DNA of 64,000 nucleotides from Candidatus Latescibacterota bacterium (GTDB lineage Bacteria > Latescibacterota > UBA2968), in NCBI GenBank assembly GCA_965242535.1, contig OZ251458.1, positions 4,555,203 through 4,619,202 of the forward strand. The letters run 5' to 3'. The notes beneath the pieces are model-generated. The model saw nothing but the letters and a program-made list of their open reading frames with translations. It was not told the origin of the DNA and did no database searches. Below, piece after piece: positions 58,406 through 64,000 of the stretch. The translations under genes were made by a program, and so were the position numbers. Position 1 is the stretch's first letter; each line of letters begins with the position of its first letter.

Positions 58406-59773
58406 TCACCGATGCCATGTGCCTTCTGTGTAACGCGCCGATAGGCGGCGAGACAACTCGCGCCTCAGATCGGGATTTTGTTCCGCGATATTGTGTTCTT
58501 CCGTTGGATCCGCGATCAAGTCGTAGAGTTCGGCGACATCGTTGTAATTTTCGATCAACTTGTGCTCGCGCGTGCGGATGCACCTAAAATTGCGGATGCC
58601 GCTGACGGTTTCCGATCGGTGACTCGCTGCCTCGCCTCGCAACACGGGTGCTATGGATCGCGCATCGATATCCGAAAGCGGGGGAATGCCGGCGAGATCG
58701 CATATCGTGGGATTGAGATCGATGAGTTCGACCAGGGCATTCGAGACGCGCCCGGCCGCAATGCCGGGCCCCGCCACGATGAGGGGCACGTGGACCGAGG
58801 CTTCGTAGGGCACGCTTTTGGTGTACAAGCCGTGGTCGCCGAGCATTTCCCCGTGGTCGCTGGAAAAAATGACGTACGTATTGTCGGCCATGCCCCGCCG
58901 TTCAACGGCTGCGAGCATTTCGCCGATCTGATCGTCGATGGCTTCGATGGCCGCGCAATACTGCCGTCGGGTTTCCGCGATTTTTTCGGGCGCGATGTCT
59001 TTGACGCGGTCTTTGAGGTACGCGGGTTTGCCCGGCAAATTCGCAGGGGTGGCGGGTGGCACGTCCGCATCGCGGTATTTGGCGCCGTATTCGGTGGGCG
59101 GATCAAAGGGATCGTGCGGGCCGACAAAGCTGACGAACAAATGCCACGGGAAATCATCGGGGATATTCTCGATCCACTCGACAGACCGTTGCCCAATATA
59201 GACATCCTCAAAGGCTTCGGTGGGCAAGACCGAATCGTGGCAAGAGCGGTAAAAGCCCTCTTTTGACCGGCGGGCATAATCATCGACAAAGGCTTCGAGC
59301 AACCCCTTGTCTCGCAAGAAGTGGTTGTAGGGCCCCTGCGGGGTTTTGGAATGGCCCGCGTGCATTTTGCCCTCGCATTCGACCGGATGGGTAAAGCCCC
59401 ACATGTAAGTGGCGGGCCTGTCGCCGTCTCGCCCGTTGTACCCATCGGGTTTGGCGAGGTCGAGCTTGCCCACGCAACCCACGTAATAGTTGTAATCGCG
59501 CAGTTGCTGGTAATAAGTCGGCTGGCTCCGGGGCAAAAAGCAATTGTTTTCCACGCATCCGAGGCGCGAGGGTTGCATGCCGGAAGCGAGTGCAATGCGC
59601 GAAGGCGCGCAGACCGGGCTATTGGTCGTGCAATCGGTGAAGTGGACGCCCCGTTTTGCGAGACGGTCGATATTGGGCGTGCGAACGAAGTCGGCACCGG
59701 CACAGCCCAAGTAATCAAAGCGGTGTTGGTCGTCCATGATGAACAGGATATTGGGGCGATCTGTTTGAGGCAT
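58406..59773 (-). CDS. Sulfatase (formylglycine-dependent)
   Basis: C-x-P-x-R motif SPVCAPSRIALASG and metal-binding DDQHRFD. The start was trimmed to ATG 59771-59773 with an AAGGAGA SD. Confidence 0.9.
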   Translation of the reverse strand: MPQTDRPNILFIMDDQHRFDYLGCAGADFVRTPNIDRLAKRGVHFTDCTTNSPVCAPSRIALASGMQPSRLGCVENNCFLPRSQPTYYQQLRDYNYYVGCVGKLDLAKPDGYNGRDGDRPATYMWGFTHPVECEGKMHAGHSKTPQGPYNHFLRDKGLLEAFVDDYARRSKEGFYRSCHDSVLPTEAFEDVYIGQRSVEWIENIPDDFPWHLFVSFVGPHDPFDPPTEYGAKYRDADVPPATPANLPGKPAYLKDRVKDIAPEKIAETRRQYCAAIEAIDDQIGEMLAAVERRGMADNTYVIFSSDHGEMLGDHGLYTKSVPYEASVHVPLIVAGPGIAAGRVSNALVELIDLNPTICDLAGIPPLSDIDARSIAPVLRGEAASHRSETVSGIRNFRCIRTREHKLIENYNDVAELYDLIADPTEEHNIAEQNPDLRRELSRRLSARYTEGTWHR

Positions 59774-59870
59774 GTCGTCTCCTTGGGTTGCGGTCATTGG
59801 GTCGCGTTGACATTCTGCTGTTGAGGGGCGGTAGCCAGCCAGAGAAAAGTACATGTGTCGAGCAGGAGTT

Positions 59871-60152
59871 TCATGCCGACGGACTGTCTCCTTGAAATGC
59901 GTCGATCAGGTCATCGGGAAGTGGATAGAAGAAGCTTGGGGGAATGGTCATTCCACGGTCAATCCCCACCGGGCGCAATTTTGAGGGAGTAATATCCTCG
60001 ACAATTTCCCCGGATTCTCGATGGTTCTTCCTGCACAATCCCGTTTCCGCTACCTCATCGGGAACTCGAATTTCGACTTGGATGCCATCGGGAAGCTGGA
60101 TTTTTTTGTCGATGAGGATCTGGTTATCCTCAATGTGACCAAAAATAATCAT
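59871..60152 (-). CDS. Small hypothetical protein; N-terminus resembles the DUF104/AF2212-type putative antitoxin fold
   Basis: MIIFGHIEDNQILIDKKIQLPDGIQVEIRVPDE resembles the 'AIYENGVLKPLE...EGTEVEI' pattern (from memory). Confidence 0.35.
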   Translation of the reverse strand: MIIFGHIEDNQILIDKKIQLPDGIQVEIRVPDEVAETGLCRKNHRESGEIVEDITPSKLRPVGIDRGMTIPPSFFYPLPDDLIDAFQGDSPSA

Positions 60153-60177
60153 CTGTCATTCCTCTCATGTTCTTTTG

Positions 60178-60669
60178 TTATTTACGCGACAAATCTCGTT
60201 TGGCGATTAGGATGCCGTCTTCGTCTGCGTAGAGATAATCGCCGGGCAAGAAGGTGACGCCGGCAAATGCGAGGGGCGTGTTTTGGCGGCCATGGCCTTC
60301 TTTGCGGCTTCGGCGCGGCACGGCGAAACGCGCTTTGACGCCGATTGGGATTTTGGCGAGTTCGGAAACATCGCGCACCCCGCCGTTGATGACGATGCCC
60401 GACCAGTTGTTGTCGCTGGCGATTTGCGCGACCATATCCCCCAAAAGCGCGCACCACATCGACGCCTCGCCATCGACGACGAGCACGCGACCGTCGCCCG
60501 GGGTTTCGAGCACTCGGCGCACGAGCGCGTTGTCTTCGCAAACTTTGACCGTGGCCATCGGGCCGCAAAACGCGAGGGTCCCGCCGTAGTCTTCAAAGAG
60601 GGGTTCGGCAACTTGAAGCGCGGGATCGGTTTCGTATTCGTCGCACAAATCCGTGGTTTTGAAAGCCAT
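60178..60669 (-). CDS. rraA: RraA-family protein (RNase E regulator / 4-hydroxy-4-methyl-2-oxoglutarate aldolase family)
   Basis: 163 aa from ATG 60667-60669. Conserved RraA/MenG-fold regions ...GRVLVVDG..., ...GDMVAQIA... and ...GIVINGGVRDV.... Confidence 0.8.
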   Translation of the reverse strand: MAFKTTDLCDEYETDPALQVAEPLFEDYGGTLAFCGPMATVKVCEDNALVRRVLETPGDGRVLVVDGEASMWCALLGDMVAQIASDNNWSGIVINGGVRDVSELAKIPIGVKARFAVPRRSRKEGHGRQNTPLAFAGVTFLPGDYLYADEDGILIAKRDLSRK

Positions 60670-60839
60670 GGATGATCTCCCAGAATTTTGATGAACGAGG
60701 TGAGGGCCGCTCAATATGCGTCCCAAACGCGATTTGTCAAAGAAAAAGGCCATGAGGCGTAGAGATATTGACAACCGCGGGCGATAGTCCTACATTTCCA
60801 CATATCATAAATTACATACCCGATCAATTGGAGGTCAGT

Positions 60840-61073
60840 ATGGAATTGATCAATGCGGAAACCACCATTGGCAAAGCTCCAAAAATGCTCAAATTGCTGG
60901 CAAAATCCGATGCCAAGAGGATACGCCTGATCGTCCATGAGGTGGAAGAAGAAGGGTTGCAACTGCTTGCGAGTTTAGATCATCGGCAAAAAGACCTCGT
61001 TGCAGATGAGGATGCAGACAACCAATTCATCGAAAAAATTAAACGCGATGTGCGCTCTCGGAAAGTTCAATGA
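60840..61073 (+). CDS. Small hypothetical protein (77 aa)
   Basis: GGAGG SD 6 nt before ATG 60840. Charged helical sequence MELINAETTIGKAPKMLKLLAKSDAKRIRLIVHEVEEEGL.... Confidence 0.4.
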   Translation: MELINAETTIGKAPKMLKLLAKSDAKRIRLIVHEVEEEGLQLLASLDHRQKDLVADEDADNQFIEKIKRDVRSRKVQ

Positions 61074-61193
61074 TGCGAGACCGACATTTATTTCGATATA
61101 AAAAATATCAGCCGAGTCGCCATTTTGCGACCCATGTAGAAAATCCCGTCAGAACCACATCTGGCGGGATTTTTGGCTTTTTGGCGGCTGGGA

Positions 61194-62183
61194 TTACCAT
61201 TCAAATACCACGCCCAACGCTTCTGTCGGATCGTCGGCGAGCATGTCGTAGGTGGTTTGGCACTCGGCGGGTTTTGCGACATGGGTTATCAGGTCTTCAA
61301 TGGGCAACTTGCCCGCGGCCATCAAGCGCAAGACCAACTCGCGGTCCCTGCGCTTGTTCCACGGATAGTAGATATGCTCGTCGTCCGGCGTTTTGGGCTG
61401 GTGCGCGCCTAAAATGGTGACTTCGCGCTGGTGGACGTCGGGCAAAAAACTCACTTCCACCTTGCCTCGCGGAGACCCCAGCGCGACCAGTCGCCCACCG
61501 AGCCGGGGCAAGGCGAGTGCCGTGGGATAGACTGCGGGGATGCCGGTCGCTTCGATGACCAGATCCACGCCATCGGCTACGCCGCGTTCGCGCACGGCTT
61601 GGGCGATATCGGCCTCGGCATGGGGATTGAGACAGACATCGGCGCCCCGCGCGCTGGCTCTGTCCAACCGAAAGGCGTTTGTGTCGATGGCAATGACCGG
61701 GAACGCGCCGGCCAAGCGGGCAAAGGTGGCGGCCAACTGCCCCACGATGCCCATGCCCATAATCGCGACGACCTCGCCCAGTTCGGGACGCCCGACCCGA
61801 TGCCCGTGCAGGGCGATGGCGCACATGACCGTAAAAGCCGCGGATTTGGGCGACACGCCCGCGGGCACTTTGAAGAAATTCTGCGTCAGGATTGCGTGAT
61901 GCGCGTGATTGCCCTGGCTCGCGACGCGGTCACCTGGGGTGATCCCCCGCACGTCTTTGCCGACTTCGAGCACCACGCCTGCGTTGCAATAGCCCGTCGG
62001 CCGCGGGAATGTTCTCGGCCGGGAGGGCTCGCTCCCGTGGGCGTAATTGTAGATTTCCGTGCCGACGCTGACGGCGGTGTAATCGTTTTGCACCAAAATG
62101 CCGCGGTCGGGCAGGCGCGGCAATTCGAATGCCCGCAATTCGATCCGCCGAATATCCGTGCAGACCAAGCGTTGCGATGTCAT
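61194..62183 (-). CDS. Zinc-binding dehydrogenase (MDR family, threonine/sorbitol-DH-like)
   Basis: GTEIYNYAHG..., and Rossmann fold IMGMGIVGQLAATFARLAGA, 329 aa. Confidence 0.8.
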   Translation of the reverse strand: MTSQRLVCTDIRRIELRAFELPRLPDRGILVQNDYTAVSVGTEIYNYAHGSEPSRPRTFPRPTGYCNAGVVLEVGKDVRGITPGDRVASQGNHAHHAILTQNFFKVPAGVSPKSAAFTVMCAIALHGHRVGRPELGEVVAIMGMGIVGQLAATFARLAGAFPVIAIDTNAFRLDRASARGADVCLNPHAEADIAQAVRERGVADGVDLVIEATGIPAVYPTALALPRLGGRLVALGSPRGKVEVSFLPDVHQREVTILGAHQPKTPDDEHIYYPWNKRRDRELVLRLMAAGKLPIEDLITHVAKPAECQTTYDMLADDPTEALGVVFEW

Positions 62184-62193
62184 TTTCGTTCTC

Positions 62194-63510
62194 CTATGGG
62201 GGATCGACCGGGACTTTCTGGCGTTTTGAAATGATCGGATCGTAGGTGAATCCCTCGGTTGCCCTTTCGAATTCCGCGCGGGCCGCGCGCAATTTTTCGG
62301 CGTCCAAAATCAGATCCACAGCCGAGCCGGCAAAGACTTTGGCCGTTTGCAAAATCGCGCGCTCGGCAAAGGGCATGGCGGCTTGGGCGGTCATGTCGCG
62401 GTGATGCCCAGGCGTGCCCTTGGCGTAGCACACCATCTGAAACCGGCCCATCGGCGCGAGCCACGACACGTTGTCCTCATCCGATGACCCGCGCCCTTGC
62501 GACCCGCTGCCCTTTTTGATTTTCCCGTCAAATTCGCCTTTGTATCCCAGCGCCTGCACGCGCTCCACATCTCTTTTTGACGCGCGCGGAGGGCCGAATA
62601 ATTCGAGGTTTTGGCGCGCGATGTTGCACATGGCATCATTTGGCAACCGGGGATAGACAGCCGTGATCCGTTGCCATTTCACGGTGGTTTCCGTGGCCAT
62701 GGCCGCCCCCTTGGCGCATTTGGTCAACCGCTCGCGGATCTCATCGACCTGTGCGCGATCCTTTCCCCGCGCGTAGTACCACACTTTCGCGTAGGCGGGC
62801 ACCACATTGGGCGCGTCGCCGCCATCGCGGATCACGCAGTGAATGCGCGCGTTTTCGGGAACGTGTTCGCGCAAATAATTCGCCGCGACATCCATCAACA
62901 TCACGCCGTCCAACGCGCTGCGACCACGGTGCGCGCTCGCGCCGTGAGACGTTTTGCCGAAAAATTCGTACACCAGCGAATCGAGTGACGATCCCCCGCA
63001 GTTGTCGACGCCCGTACTCGTTCCCGGATGCCACGCGAGCACCGCGTCCAAATCTCGAAACGCGCCATCGCGGGCCATATAGACTTTGCCCGCCAAGGTC
63101 TCTTCGGCCGGGCAACCGTAATAGACGATCTGCCCGGAGGGGTTCAACTCTTCCAACACCGCTTTTGCAGCGACCGCACCTGCGGCCGGGGCAACGCCCA
63201 ACAAATTGTGGCCTCAGCCGTGCCCCCACGTGCCCTCCTCGGCGCCGCAGTTGGGCAAGGCGTCGTATTCCCCCAACATGCCAATGGCGGGTTTGCCCGT
63301 CCCCCATGTGGCGCGAAAGGCCGTGGGGATGTTTTTGAACGGAAATTCGATTCGGAATCCCTGGCCTTCCAAATAGGCCGCCAATGCCTTCGACGATTCG
63401 CATTCCCGAAAGGGCCGCTCGGCCCATGCGTGAATTTGTCGGGACAGGTCAAACGCCCGCCGCGATTGGGCTTTCACGGCTCGATCGACCCGCGCTTTTT
63501 TCATTTCCAT
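62194..63510 (-). pseudogene. M20D-family amidohydrolase (AbgB/HipO-like) interrupted by an in-frame TGA
   Basis: ORFs 63214..63510 and 62194..63204 are in the same frame. The junction reads ...EEGTWGHG-TGA-GHNLLGVAPAAG, matching the AbgB-type GHGCGHNLLG motif with the stop at the conserved metal-ligand Cys. Confidence 0.7.
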
Positions 63511-63560
63511 TGTGCTCCTCCTTTATTTTAAAACTTCGTTTTATTTGAGTCTGATTATTG

Positions 63561-64000
63561 TTATCCCCCAACGCCTTCCAACCCCTCCAACCCCTCCACT
63601 ATCGCCGCTGTTTCCAAGCTCACGGCGATCACTTTGCCGATCAGGTTGGCGATGTACTGCGGATCGGCATCGCGGTTCGGGTCGTTGATGATGCCGCTGC
63701 GTTTGTCCTCTTTGACGCGGTATTGATCGATCACCCATTCCAACGCCGAGCGATTGCCGAGGCGATACTCAAACGCCTTGGGCGGAATCCCGTCGAGTGT
63801 CAAGAAATCGTTGTACTCGATCTGCGTTTTGTCTTTGGACAAGCGCATTTTTTTCACGCGCCAGTCGAGCGGTGCGTTCGGGTTTTCGATGAACGCGAGC
63901 CGATGTTCGGGCTGGTCTTCATAGCCGACGTGGAGTTCTGCCAATCGCGCCCCCATCACCCGTAGGGATAGGCCCCGTGCCTGTCCGCGCACGCAACCCC
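63561..64000 (-). CDS. C-terminal fragment of a large restriction/modification-type enzyme (resembles type ISP/IIG or PglX-like C-terminal domain); truncated by or abutting a hairpin repeat
   Basis: ...PKAFEYRLGNRSALEWVIDQYRVKEDKRSGIINDPN...DPQYIANLIGKVIAVSLETAAIV resembles C-termini of helicase-methyltransferase restriction/modification fusion proteins (from memory, unverified). The first ~12 codons are read from the CGTAGGGATAGGCCCCGTGCCTGTCC hairpin copy at 63955-63990. Confidence 0.4.
   Translation of the reverse strand, partial: GCVRGQARGLSLRVMGARLAELHVGYEDQPEHRLAFIENPNAPLDWRVKKMRLSKDKTQIEYNDFLTLDGIPPKAFEYRLGNRSALEWVIDQYRVKEDKRSGIINDPNRDADPQYIANLIGKVIAVSLETAAIVEGLEGLEGVGG

Noticed and set aside
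63214-63216. Genome-wide TGA reassignment (code 4/25) as the explanation for the in-frame TGA
   Set aside because: TGA terminates bioB (5372-5374), DUF433 (13511-13513) and other genes in this window at the expected homologous ends.

Overview
This is a high-GC (~60%) bacterial chromosomal segment with about 60 protein-coding genes. There are no rRNA, tRNA or CRISPR loci that I can support by eye. All family assignments below come from motif recognition, not from database searches.

Gene content, in order:
- Left edge to 6.3 kb: a partial amino-DNA methyltransferase at the left edge (hand-translated; the ORF track omits ORFs without an in-window stop), then a tightly packed minus-strand block mnmG-smpB-DnaC/IstB-like zinc-ribbon ATPase, then bioB.
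- 7.3-8.8 kb: a TPR protein and a SAM methyltransferase.
- 9.4-11.2 kb: an FRG-domain/TPR fusion protein, followed by a ~730-bp higher-order tandem repeat.
- 12-20 kb: a GH33 sialidase, a decayed DUF433 toxin-antitoxin locus, a 1204-aa secreted LRR/Ig/dockerin protein, and ggt.
- 22.0-24.4 kb: a complete type II restriction-modification pair (C5-cytosine methyltransferase plus endonuclease, TAATG-coupled).
- 28.9-48.6 kb: a ~20-kb mosaic polysaccharide/O-antigen-like cluster with a low-GC foreign segment and pseudogene scars.
- 49.5-54.8 kb: dusA, a TonB-dependent receptor bracketed by inverted mini-palindromes, and outer-membrane and lipoprotein genes.
- 56.6-64 kb: a GT4 glycosyltransferase, a sulfatase, rraA, an M20 amidohydrolase interrupted by an in-frame TGA at a conserved metal-binding Cys, and a C-terminal fragment of a large restriction/modification-type enzyme running off the right edge.

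The most unusual signal is non-genic: several families of dispersed repeats.
- A ~390-bp MITE-like element occurs in two inverted copies, one carrying a nested 28-bp mini-palindrome.
- A GGACAGGCCCCCGTGCCTGTCC hairpin family occurs in at least seven copies.
- TTGGTACAAATG and CTGTAAATTAAAT modules recur with these.
- Kilobase-scale polypurine/polypyrimidine tracts surround the hairpins.
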